A stretch of 64,000 nt of DNA, from contig CAVXXK010000004.1 of assembly GCA_963765675.1 (NCBI GenBank), positions 160,001 through 224,000 on the forward strand, in the 5' to 3' direction. The DNA comes from an uncultured delta proteobacterium. GTDB lineage: Bacteria > Desulfobacterota > Binatia > Binatales > Binataceae. This document shows, one piece after another, positions 20,189-29,743 of the stretch (position 1 is the first letter of the stretch; the number at the start of each line of letters is the position of its first letter). Position numbers and translations under genes: made by a program. A model generated the notes under the pieces. The model saw only the letters and a list, made by a program, of their open reading frames with translations, ran no database searches and was not told the origin of the DNA.

Positions 20189-20431
20189 TCAAATCTCCGT
20201 CCAGCTTGTTATTAAGTTATTGTCGCCGTACAACTAGCTCCGCTGGTAGACAGATGTCAACTTCTAATGAACTCATTAGCTAGCGTTGACCGCACAATGA
20301 GGTCGACGTAAAGTATTGCTATATTAAGCCGTCAAGTAGATACACGCACTAGTCTCTAGCACTACTGCTCTATCAGCAGTGAGAACTCGTATCGATAACC
20401 TCACTGAGCCAACTATGAAGAACGACGCGAT

Positions 20432-21439
20432 ATGAAGATCCTGATTGAACGAAGGCCTACGGAGAACCACAATCGCAGTCGGTTGCGTTGTGCCGTCGCG
20501 ATCGCCGTCGCGCTCATCTGTTTACTCATTTTGGTAAATCCTGCAAGCAGCGAAAGTAGCGACGACTGGATAACCGGCTTGCCGCGGGAAGCTATTCACG
20601 TAAAAGCATGGCCGGAAGGGAAGAAAGTTGCGGTCTGCTTCATCCTGTATGTTGAAGTGTGGGGTCATGGACAAGGGCCGGACCTCAGGCCGGATACGAT
20701 AACGCGACAGCCAGACGTTGTGAATGAAGCATTTCGTCAATATGCAATAAATTGGGGCCTTCCGCGCGTCGGCAGAGTCTTTAATGAACAAGGTCTACCG
20801 CTGAGCATTGCTCTCAATGCACTCTTTCCCAAACAGAACCCCCACGTGTGGCGACAGTTCCGTTCCCTGGTCCCTAAGGCACCTATCATCGCCCATGGAA
20901 TCAATAATTCGACGGACCTACTACCTCTCCGGGACGGCCTCGCCGCTCAGCAGGCATATATTCATCGGACACTGGATATAGTAGAGAAAGAAACGGGTAT
21001 GAGGCCGCGTGGATGGAGCAGTCCGAGTGTATACCCGAATGCCGATACGTTTACCGCAACCAGAGCGGAGGGAATTACCTACTCGCTCGACGCGATGGAC
21101 TCCGATATCCTGTCTCGCCTTGTCACCAAATCAGGACCTCAGGTCTTGATTCCTTATCCGACAGTCACAGTCGACATGGGGCAGTATTTTGAGCGATTGA
21201 AGAACGCGAGTGATATAGAGCGGCTGTGGATTGATTACGTAACTGAATTGATCAAAGAGGCTGAGATCGATCCAGATCGTGAAGCAACTGTCGTCGCGAT
21301 CGGTATCCATCCTTTCGTGTTTGGAACCCCTGATGGTGCCGCGGCATTGCGACGCGTGCTCGAACATTTCAAGAGTCAGAAACTGGTCTGGGTAACTGAC
21401 GTTCAAGCCGTTCTTGACGCAGCAGGAGTGAGTCGGTAA
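20432..21439 (+). CDS. Polysaccharide deacetylase (CE4, PuuE-like) family protein
   Basis: YAINWGLPRV, IAHG, PRGWSSP, IGIHPF; N-terminal hydrophobic segment. Confidence 0.8.
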   Translation: MKILIERRPTENHNRSRLRCAVAIAVALICLLILVNPASSESSDDWITGLPREAIHVKAWPEGKKVAVCFILYVEVWGHGQGPDLRPDTITRQPDVVNEAFRQYAINWGLPRVGRVFNEQGLPLSIALNALFPKQNPHVWRQFRSLVPKAPIIAHGINNSTDLLPLRDGLAAQQAYIHRTLDIVEKETGMRPRGWSSPSVYPNADTFTATRAEGITYSLDAMDSDILSRLVTKSGPQVLIPYPTVTVDMGQYFERLKNASDIERLWIDYVTELIKEAEIDPDREATVVAIGIHPFVFGTPDGAAALRRVLEHFKSQKLVWVTDVQAVLDAAGVSR

Positions 21440-21492
21440 ATGCCAGCGGTTTTCCTATTCGGACGAACGATGAACGCCCTGGACGAATACCA

Positions 21493-22119
21493 ATGCGCCT
21501 GATCCTGATCCGGCACGGAGAATCTCGTATTCAGAAACGCGAGATTATTGCTGGTGTCCGGAGCTGCGAGGGGTTGACCGATCGTGGCGTTCGGCAGGCA
21601 GAGATGTTGGCCGAGCGGTTTCGTATTGCGGGCGAAATTCGCGACTGCGCCGCGCTGCTCAGCAGTCCGGTGCTCCGAGCACGTCAGACCGCGGAAAGGC
21701 TGATACACAGTCTACCAGTGCGCGAGATTGAGGAAGATCCCGCGTTGACGGAGATAGATACGGGCGTGGCCGACGGCATCACACGCGAGGAGTACCGATC
21801 GAGACACGGCGAGTTCAACCTGATCGAGCATCCGGATCGGCTCTTCGCTCCCGGCGGCGAGAGCTGGACCCAATACCTGAACCGCGTTCGCCTGAAAATG
21901 GACCGATTGGCGGAGCGATTCAGCGATCAGACGGTGGTCGCGGTCACGCACGCCGGATTCATCGTCGTCTCAATCCTGGCGACTTTCGGCATCCCGCGGC
22001 CCGGGACCAGCGCACGGCTTGAGCCCGAGAATACTTCGCTGACCGAATGGTGTTTCGATCAAGGGAATTGGCGGCTTCAGCGATACAACGACGCGTATCA
22101 CCTGCTGAATCGCCAATAG
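21493..22119 (+). CDS. Histidine phosphatase (phosphoglycerate mutase family)
   Basis: RHGE, SSPVLRARQTA, VTHAG, RYND. Confidence 0.92.
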   Translation: MRLILIRHGESRIQKREIIAGVRSCEGLTDRGVRQAEMLAERFRIAGEIRDCAALLSSPVLRARQTAERLIHSLPVREIEEDPALTEIDTGVADGITREEYRSRHGEFNLIEHPDRLFAPGGESWTQYLNRVRLKMDRLAERFSDQTVVAVTHAGFIVVSILATFGIPRPGTSARLEPENTSLTEWCFDQGNWRLQRYNDAYHLLNRQ

Positions 22120-22138
22120 TTACTTGTTTGGGTATCGG

Positions 22139-23162
22139 TCACTTCGCTTCGGGCCATACGCCCGGAACCGCAGTTGCAAGCCACTTCGTCAGCGCGGCAT
22201 TGACTTCGAGCGGTCTCTCCTGCGCCATCCAGTGACCCGAGCGAATAGTCTGTTCAGTCAGATTGGGGCAAAAGCTGCGCATCGGCTCGGCCAGCCGTGA
22301 ATGCGTGCACTCGCAGACATAGTCATAGCGTGCATTGAGGAACAACGCCGGCATTTCGAGGTAGCCGCCATTGCGCGCCGTCTTTGAGTATTCCGCGTTC
22401 GCGGAATGATTCATGTACCACGAGGATGGTCCGAAGAAACCGTTGCGCTCGAGCGCCGAGGCGTAGGCGCAGAGATCCTCTTCGGTGAGGACGTCGCCGT
22501 CGCGAGGAACATCGCGCAACGCGCCCCCAAGCATGCCCTGGTTGCGGCGAGCCGAAGCGGTGATGGCAGGTTTGCCTTCGCCGGCAGGATCGCCCTTGCG
22601 CAACGCGAGCTTCACGAAGTTGCGCGGGTTCGCGTCCATCGGCGCTATCGCCACGGCAAAGTTCTCCTCGTAATGGCGCATGTAGTCCCATTGCCCATTG
22701 GGAAATTCCTTCTCGGGATAAAGCTCGCGGTCGACTAGCGTCAACGCGTGATCGAGTCCGCGTTCCAGCGTGAAGTACGGAACGCACAGGCTCGCGACGG
22801 CGCTACATCGTTCCGGATGATGGCTCGCAATATTCCATACCACGGGGCTGCCCCAGTCGTGGCCGACCCACACTGCTTTGTCCCGGCCGATCGTGGTCGA
22901 TGAGATCGATCATATCGCGCACGATATGTTCCTGCGCATAGTCACTATGACGATTGTAGACTGTAGACCGGCCGTATCCGCGCATGTCCGGCGCGATCGT
23001 GCGAAAGCCAAGCGCCGCCAGCGCGGGCAATTGATGACGCCAACTGATCGACAGCTCGGGCCATCCGTGAGCGAAGATTATGAGTGGTCCATCCTCCGGC
23101 CCGGCGGCTAGATAGAATGTCGTGTGCCGGTTGGTTTTGACGACGTGCTCGGAGATTGCCAT
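22139..23162 (-). pseudogene. Epoxide hydrolase-like alpha/beta hydrolase split by a +1 frameshift near 22895 (pseudogene or sequencing error)
   Basis: HGWPE and PDMRGYGRS in one frame; GHDWG nucleophile and GHWMAQE in the next; removing one base restores ...IDLIDTIGRDKAVWVGHDW. Confidence 0.8.
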
Positions 23163-24061
23163 CAGCGAGATTCTTTGGGTGGCGGCCCGAACCCGCCAGC
23201 TTCGGGCATGTGGCCGTAAACATCTTCGGAATAGTATTCGGACTGATAGGTAGCCGGACGCGCGCCCCATCCGTATTCCAGCATCCATCCAGACGGTGTC
23301 CGGAAGTAGAACGAATACATATGATCGTTCGAATGTTTACCGGGCGTGATATTCACGGGAATCTTCTCGCGGCGAACGATATCATGCGTCAGCCCAACGT
23401 CGTCGAGATTGTCCACTTCGATCATCAAGTGATTAAAGCGCTTCTCCGGGCCGGCGAGCCCGAAAGCGACGGTATGATCGCGATCGTTGCAATGCATGAA
23501 AGTGAGCGCGACTGTATGCTGGCCCATTTTGATTTTATATTCGACTCCTCCACGCATCCCGAGTTGCGTATAGAAACGATACGCCGCTTGAGGATCTTTC
23601 TCACGAATAATGCAGTGTCCGAGGCCTCCGGCGCCGGTCTTGAACCTGCCGTGCATACCTCTGGCCGGATGAAAGGGCTTGGCGAACTGCAGGTGCGGCC
23701 CATGAAAGATTTCGATCGGGTTACCGTCGGGGTCATCCAGCTTCATAATTTCAAGCACGTGACGCTCGGAGGCCTCGTCTTCGGAACCGACGGTGAACTT
23801 GATCCCGGCCTCCTTTAACTGGTTTTGCATCTCGCGGAATTCTTCGCCCCCGGCCACCCGGAAGCCGAGATACATCAAGTCGTCGGACGGATCGGAATGA
23901 AGAGCGATTCGATGATGCCAGTAATCCATGCGCAGGTAGCAGCGGTCCCTTTCGCCATCGTCGACGACTTCCAAACCGAGAACGTCGGCGGCAAACTTTT
24001 TCCACGCCTCGAGGTCTTTCACCCCGAAGCCGATGTATCCGAGCTCTGTTACCTGAATCAT
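23162..24061 (-). CDS. Type I extradiol ring-cleavage dioxygenase (BphC/NahC/HsaC-like)
   Basis: ELGYIG, YLRMDYWHHRI, GLGH, HCNDRDH, NHLMIE, GKHSND...SFY...EYGWG. Confidence 0.93.
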   Translation of the reverse strand: MIQVTELGYIGFGVKDLEAWKKFAADVLGLEVVDDGERDRCYLRMDYWHHRIALHSDPSDDLMYLGFRVAGGEEFREMQNQLKEAGIKFTVGSEDEASERHVLEIMKLDDPDGNPIEIFHGPHLQFAKPFHPARGMHGRFKTGAGGLGHCIIREKDPQAAYRFYTQLGMRGGVEYKIKMGQHTVALTFMHCNDRDHTVAFGLAGPEKRFNHLMIEVDNLDDVGLTHDIVRREKIPVNITPGKHSNDHMYSFYFRTPSGWMLEYGWGARPATYQSEYYSEDVYGHMPEAGGFGPPPKESR

Positions 24062-24131
24062 GTTCTTGCCTCCATGGGCGATATCTAGTTCAGCGACCGC
24101 TTCTGCTGCAAGGTTTTTCGGTCGTTCCAGA

Positions 24132-24989
24132 TCACTTTGGATCAGTGCGCACCCAATCAGAGCCGAGCGCGACTCGGCGGACCGCGTCAGTGTCGGTCGG
24201 CTGATGACCTACCTTATGCGCTGGCGCCGGCGCTTCGGCAACCCGATTCGAAAGCCGCCCGAGGCCGGTCACTTCGACTTCGACCAGATCACCGATATTC
24301 ATCGGCCGCGAATTCCTGGGCGTGCCGGAAAGAATAATGTCGCCGGGCAGCAGCGTGATGAAGCGGCTAAGGTCAGCCAGGATGTAGTCGATCGGAAAGA
24401 TCATCTCGCTGATCGCGCCTTCCTGGACCATCTTGCCGTTGATGTATGTACGCAACGTCGATTTGCGTATATCGACCCCACTGACTAATCCCGGTCCAAT
24501 CGGGCAGAAACCGTCCTGACCTTTCACCCGCAGCATCGAACCCGCATCAGTCTCCCGATAGTCCTGACATCCGACATCGTTGGCCGGCGCGAATCCCGCT
24601 ATGTAGTCCCATGCTTCAGCGCGTCCGACATTCCGCATCGGCTTGCCTATGATAACTCCGACTTCGCCTTCGTAGTTCAGAAACTTGTGCCCGGCGGGCC
24701 GGAGCAAAGTTCCACGATGACTGTTGAGCGCGGTGGTCGGCTTTTGAAAATAGGTCGGCGTTGGAATCTCCGGAGCGCGAAACTCGATCCGGCGCGAATC
24801 GTAGTTCAAATGAATGCATAGAATCTTGGTCGGATCGCAGGGCGGCAAGTAGGTCGCTTCAGCATCGGCGACGTTGCGGCCATCGCCGAGCACCAGACGG
24901 TCGCCGACCGGCCTGACCCACTTCGGCTGCCCTTCGTGGAGAATCCGCCGCCATTCCTCTTTTGGTCCGTCAAGAACGCTCATTTTCAT
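24132..24989 (-). CDS. Fumarylacetoacetate hydrolase family isomerase/decarboxylase (HpaG-like)
   Basis: PTKILCIHLNY, NYEGEV, ANDV, FCPIGP, TLLPGDIILSGTP. Confidence 0.9.
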   Translation of the reverse strand: MKMSVLDGPKEEWRRILHEGQPKWVRPVGDRLVLGDGRNVADAEATYLPPCDPTKILCIHLNYDSRRIEFRAPEIPTPTYFQKPTTALNSHRGTLLRPAGHKFLNYEGEVGVIIGKPMRNVGRAEAWDYIAGFAPANDVGCQDYRETDAGSMLRVKGQDGFCPIGPGLVSGVDIRKSTLRTYINGKMVQEGAISEMIFPIDYILADLSRFITLLPGDIILSGTPRNSRPMNIGDLVEVEVTGLGRLSNRVAEAPAPAHKVGHQPTDTDAVRRVALGSDWVRTDPK

Positions 24990-25028
24990 TTTCTCCGGCT
25001 GCTTTGTTCGTTACCCATTTAGGAGTTT

Positions 25029-26483
25029 TCAGGCAAACGACCCTTTCATCGCCGCGATATTCTTCACGTCACAGTAGAAATCAAAGCTCCAGTTGCCGCC
25101 CTCGCGGCCGATACCCGAGTTGCGGCTGCCACCGAACGGTGCGGCCAGCTCGCGCACGAAAAAGCAATTCACCCACACAGTGCCGGCGACGACCTGACGC
25201 GCCAGACGCATCGCACGTTCCTCATTCTTGCTGAAGATGACGGCGGCGAGTCCGTAGTTGGTGCCGTTGGCCAGCTTCATCGCTTCGTCTTCGTCGCGGA
25301 AGGTCTGCCACGTGAGGACCGGCCCGAACACCTCGCGCTGCACAATCTCCTGCTCCTGCGATACGCCCTCGAGCAGGGTCGGCTCGAAATAAAGTTCGCC
25401 AGCGCTGTGGCGATGCCCACCCCAGAGCGGCTTGACGCCGGCCTTGAGCGCGCGATCTACGAAGCCTTCGACCCGCTGGTAGTGCTCAGGCGTGATTAGC
25501 GGCCCGATACGAGTGGTCTTCTCGCGCGGATCGCCGACCGTCATCTGCGAGGCTGCGGCGCGGAATTTCGACTGAAACTGGTCCGCGACTTTCGCGTCGA
25601 CCAGAATTCGCGTACCCGCAAGGCATACCTGACCCGCGTTGAAATACTGCCCCGCGGCGGTCTGCGCCGCCGCATCCAGGTCGGCATCGGCACACACGAT
25701 GAACGGCGACTTGCCGCCGAGCTCAAAGCTCGTCGCGGTTATCGAGCGCGCCGTCGATGCGCCAATCAGTCGCGCGGTGTCGGTCGAGCCGGTGAAGCTC
25801 AGCCGATCGATGTCGGGATGCGCGGCGAGCGCCGCGCCCGCCTCCTCGCCGATTCCTTGCACGACGTTGAGGACGCCGGGCGGTATTCCCGCTTCGGTCG
25901 CGAGGTCGGCCATCATCGAGCAGGTGAGCGGCGCCCACTCCGGCGGCTTGACCACGGCGGTATCGCCAGCGGCGAGGCACGGACCGACTTTCCAGGTCGT
26001 CAGCATGAACGGACCGTTCCACGGCGTGATCAGTGCGGCGACACCGGCGGGATCGAAGCGAACCTGGTTGACGACCTCCGGCGAATCGATCATCTCGTCG
26101 TTCAGCTTGCGCGCCCGATCGGCGAAGAACTGGATATTGAGCGCCGCGCGCGGAACCATCCGCGTCGCGTTGCCTATCAGGAGCGACCCGTTGTCCTCGG
26201 TCTCGACTGCGGCGATCTCCTTGGCGTGATCGTGAATCGCCTTGGCGAAGCGGCTCAGAATCGGATGCCGCCCCTCGGGTCCCAGCGCCGCCCATTTCGG
26301 AAACGCGCGGCGCGCCGCCGCCACTGCCGCATCGATCTCCTCGGCGCCGCCCGCACTCACGTCGCCCAGATGCTTGCCGTTGATGGGCGAGCAGGTCTGA
26401 AAGGTGCGTTTCGACTCGACCCGCTTGCCGTCAATAAAGTGCGCGGTTGAAACTTCCACTCCCGCTACTTTGCTACTTGCCAT
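25029..26483 (-). CDS. Aldehyde dehydrogenase (hydroxymuconic semialdehyde dehydrogenase-like)
   Basis: ITPWN, SFTGST, ELGGKSP, NAGQVC, EVFGP, PFGGSRNSGIGREGG. Confidence 0.93.
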   Translation of the reverse strand: MASSKVAGVEVSTAHFIDGKRVESKRTFQTCSPINGKHLGDVSAGGAEEIDAAVAAARRAFPKWAALGPEGRHPILSRFAKAIHDHAKEIAAVETEDNGSLLIGNATRMVPRAALNIQFFADRARKLNDEMIDSPEVVNQVRFDPAGVAALITPWNGPFMLTTWKVGPCLAAGDTAVVKPPEWAPLTCSMMADLATEAGIPPGVLNVVQGIGEEAGAALAAHPDIDRLSFTGSTDTARLIGASTARSITATSFELGGKSPFIVCADADLDAAAQTAAGQYFNAGQVCLAGTRILVDAKVADQFQSKFRAAASQMTVGDPREKTTRIGPLITPEHYQRVEGFVDRALKAGVKPLWGGHRHSAGELYFEPTLLEGVSQEQEIVQREVFGPVLTWQTFRDEDEAMKLANGTNYGLAAVIFSKNEERAMRLARQVVAGTVWVNCFFVRELAAPFGGSRNSGIGREGGNWSFDFYCDVKNIAAMKGSFA

Positions 26484-26587
26484 TTCAAAACCTCCGAAGG
26501 TTTCAAGCTGTGTCGAGAAAAGAACGATTAAACTCTGGCTTGCAGCCGTCCATGACTGAAGTCAATTCTGACCATAGTCGAAATTTA

Positions 26588-28105
26588 TTATTTTCGCACC
26601 CATTCGGCAGCCGCTCGCGGCAAACCCATCACCTTCTTTTCATCGCCTGTCTCGCCGGAAGCCTCTCGAGGTTCCAGCCCAAGCAGTTGATTCACCAGGC
26701 GTTTGCCGCGCTCGCGCGGCGCAAGCGTATGCGCGAGCGCGTAGTTGCGAGCTCCGGAAGCGAGGTAGAAGCGTTCGTACAATTCATTGCGTCCGGCCAG
26801 CGCGCTGCCGGTGAAATCCCACGCGAGCCGGAAGATGCGCGCGCGGTCGCGCGCGGAGACTCCCTTGGCGCCGCGCAAATAGCGGTTCACCAAATCGCGG
26901 AGCCCCGGATCATCGAACTGCGTCTCGGCAGGAGTCGCGAGCAGGTTGTGCGAGCCGATCAGGGTGAGAATCTCGCCGACGCGCGGAAACCATGCCGGCA
27001 ATGCGGCGCGCAGCGCCGCGAGCGGACCGCCGTTGGGGAACCATACCCCGTTGCCGTACTCGAACGCGTCGATTTCCGCGCTATGAACGGCGGCGCGCGC
27101 GAACTCGGCGTAGGTCCAAATTTCGCCGAGCATCTGCGAGGTTGCAGGCGACTTGTCGTTGATGATCTCCGCCATCGCGCAGCCCAGCCCGTATGCGAAC
27201 TCAAGCTTGGTCTGCGCGCGGATCATCGTCTGCTGCATGATGTTCGGGTACCAGCCCGTCGTCATCACGGTGTTGTAGGCCATCCAGTTCGCATTGATGA
27301 AAATGCGGTCGCGCGGCACTTCCACGTTGTCGAAGATCACGAATGCGTCCTGCTCGTCGAAGCGGCTGGAGAGCGGATGGTCGAAGCTGCTGCGGCCGCT
27401 CGAGCAACTGTCGCGGCACAGCAGCTTGAGTCCCGGCGTGCCCGTCGGAATACAGAACGACAGCGCGTAAGCGTCGGCGCCCTCGGGCAGCGGCACCGCG
27501 GGATAGACCGCAATTTCATCCGCAAACGGCGCAAGCGTCGCGAGGATCCGCGCGCCATTCACGACGATCCCGCGCGAGGTATCTTCAACCTTTCGCAATG
27601 CGACATCGTTGCCGGCCACCGGCGCGTCGCCCCAGGATTTGTCGATCGTCGGCTGGACGATGGTGTGGGTCAGCGCGATATCTTTGCGCGCCAGAAATTT
27701 CTGGTATGCGACCAGGTTGGCGGCGCCTTGTTCATTGGCGTTGATCGCCCATTCGTCCGCGCGTCCGGCGAATCCGGCGAAGGTGACGTTCATATAGTCG
27801 GGCGTGCGGCCCATCAGGCCGACGGTGAATTCCGCCGTCAATTGCAAAGCGCGATGCCGCCGTTCGAGGTCCGCCTTCGAGCGGGGAATCATGTGGCTCA
27901 GGTTGATCGGCTCGCGGGTCTCCGGATCCGGCATCAGGCAGACATCCGCCGCCTGGTGCTGCAGATCGAAGACCTCAGCGAGCGTGGCGGCGGCGCCGGC
28001 AAACGCCGGATGCGACGCGACGTCACGGACTTTTTCGCCTCCGACCCAGACCTCGCGCGGGCTCTTCAGTCCCTGCAGAAATTCTTTTCCCGTTCGTGCG
28101 GCCAT
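26588..28105 (-). CDS. Two-component flavin monooxygenase, oxygenase subunit (HpaB family)
   Basis: RTGKEFLQGL, MGRTPDYMN, VNGARILAT, DHPLSSRFDEQDA, RNELYERFY. Confidence 0.93.
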   Translation of the reverse strand: MAARTGKEFLQGLKSPREVWVGGEKVRDVASHPAFAGAAATLAEVFDLQHQAADVCLMPDPETREPINLSHMIPRSKADLERRHRALQLTAEFTVGLMGRTPDYMNVTFAGFAGRADEWAINANEQGAANLVAYQKFLARKDIALTHTIVQPTIDKSWGDAPVAGNDVALRKVEDTSRGIVVNGARILATLAPFADEIAVYPAVPLPEGADAYALSFCIPTGTPGLKLLCRDSCSSGRSSFDHPLSSRFDEQDAFVIFDNVEVPRDRIFINANWMAYNTVMTTGWYPNIMQQTMIRAQTKLEFAYGLGCAMAEIINDKSPATSQMLGEIWTYAEFARAAVHSAEIDAFEYGNGVWFPNGGPLAALRAALPAWFPRVGEILTLIGSHNLLATPAETQFDDPGLRDLVNRYLRGAKGVSARDRARIFRLAWDFTGSALAGRNELYERFYLASGARNYALAHTLAPRERGKRLVNQLLGLEPREASGETGDEKKVMGLPRAAAEWVRK

Positions 28106-28774
28106 CTATTTTTCTCCTGAAGGACGAAATCCCTCGAGGTGCAATTCCAAAGAAGCGCGGAGCACCGCGTCACGTTCTTCCGGCGTGACCACTCCCGCTC
28201 CAAGCCATTCATGAAGACACGCGAAATAGAGCGCGAACAGATTCTTCGCAAGACGGTGAGACGGAATTCCCGCGCGCAATTCGCCGCGTGCCTGCGCGCG
28301 ATCGATCAGTGCCGCCATCCGCCTGAACAAATCAGCCATGAAGGCCGCGCGTCCGTGCCGCTCGTCGTCGACGAAGGGCAGTTCCTTGACGAAGACGCGC
28401 GCGAGACCGATGTTGCGCTCGTGATGAGCGATCAGGGCGCCAAACACGCGCAGAAGTTGATCGATCAGGCGCCGCTCGGTCATGGTCTTGAATGCCGCAT
28501 CGACTGCTCGCCCCGCTTCCTCGCGGAAGATCATGACCAGCAAATCCTGCTTGCTGCCCGCGTGCAGGAACACGGTGCCGGCTCCAACATCCGCCGCCTG
28601 CGCGATTTCCCGGGTGGTGGTCAGCTCGAAGCCTTTGCGGGCGAAGAGCGCGCGAGCGGCGCGCTTGATCCGGTTGAGTTTGTCGAGCTTGTTGCGCTCG
28701 ACCCGGCCGAGAGCGGCTTCCTTGCGGCGATCACGCTTGCTGGCCGGAATAAGTATAGTGGTCGATGCAGGCAT
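28106..28774 (-). CDS. TetR-family transcriptional regulator
   Basis: HTH AARALFARKGFELTTTREIAQAADVGAGTVF...KQDL. Confidence 0.9.
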   Translation of the reverse strand: MPASTTILIPASKRDRRKEAALGRVERNKLDKLNRIKRAARALFARKGFELTTTREIAQAADVGAGTVFLHAGSKQDLLVMIFREEAGRAVDAAFKTMTERRLIDQLLRVFGALIAHHERNIGLARVFVKELPFVDDERHGRAAFMADLFRRMAALIDRAQARGELRAGIPSHRLAKNLFALYFACLHEWLGAGVVTPEERDAVLRASLELHLEGFRPSGEK

Positions 28775-28776
28775 TC

Positions 28777-28804
28777 TGAGCACGCTCAGTTTTGAGCGTG
28801 CTCA
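28777..28804. promoter_or_regulatory. Putative TetR operator
   Basis: Perfect inverted repeat TGAGCACGCTCA-GTTT-TGAGCGTGCTCA between divergent tetR and dioxygenase genes. Confidence 0.65.
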
Positions 28805-28879
28805 TCGGATAACCCGAATCTCCCTGGAATGTCAAGCGCGGACAATGCCGCCGCGCGGGCGGTTTGATATCCTTCAATC

Positions 28880-29719
28880 ATGGCAGCCGACAAACTGACC
28901 GAGTACACGATCACCGAGGTCGTCCGCAGCCGTATCGCGGACGTTCCCAATCCCCGCCTCAAGCAGGTGATGCAATCGCTCATCGATCATCTCCATCAAT
29001 TTGCGCGCGACGTGCAGCTCACCCCCGAGGAATGGAATGCGGGAATCAAGTTTCTCACGGCGGCTGGCCATATCACTGACGACAAGCGCCAGGAATTCAT
29101 TCTGCTTTCGGACACGCTCGGGCTAAGTGCATTGGTTGATCTGATGCATCATCAGGGCGAATCGAATCGCACGACGGAATCGAGCTTGCTCGGACCGTTC
29201 TATCGCAACGGAGCGCCCGAGCTTGCGCTGGGTTCGGATATCTCGAACGGCACCGCGGGGGAACCGCTGACAATCCGGGGACGGGTTCTTTCGAGCGAAG
29301 GCACAACGATTCCGGGCGCCGTGCTCGACGTGTGGCAAGCGGCACCAAACGGTCTTTATGACGTCCAGGATGCAGGACAGCCGGAAATCAATCTGCGCGC
29401 GCGCTTTCGCACCGACACTCAGGGCCGCTTCGAGTTTCGCACGATCAAGCCCGCAAGCTATCCGGTGCCCCACGACGGTCCCGTAGGTCGAATGCTCCGC
29501 TCGCTCGGGCGGCATCCGTTTCGGCCTGCGCACATACATTTCATAGTATCTGCGCCCGGGTTTGAGACCCTTACCACCGCGCTATATATCGCCGGCGATA
29601 AGTATCTGGACTCGGATGCGGTGTTTGGATCGCGGCCGTCGCTGGTCGTTGACTATCATCACGCGGACGGCCGCCGTCCCGATTCGATCGAGTTCGATTT
29701 CGTGCTGCCAGAATCGTGA
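28880..29719 (+). CDS. Intradiol dioxygenase (hydroxyquinol 1,2-dioxygenase-like)
   Basis: RQEFILLSDTLG, LLGPFY, DVWQA...YD, RPAHIHF. Confidence 0.92.
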   Translation: MAADKLTEYTITEVVRSRIADVPNPRLKQVMQSLIDHLHQFARDVQLTPEEWNAGIKFLTAAGHITDDKRQEFILLSDTLGLSALVDLMHHQGESNRTTESSLLGPFYRNGAPELALGSDISNGTAGEPLTIRGRVLSSEGTTIPGAVLDVWQAAPNGLYDVQDAGQPEINLRARFRTDTQGRFEFRTIKPASYPVPHDGPVGRMLRSLGRHPFRPAHIHFIVSAPGFETLTTALYIAGDKYLDSDAVFGSRPSLVVDYHHADGRRPDSIEFDFVLPES

Positions 29720-29743
29720 GCGCCGGATCAGCGGGCGCGCGTA

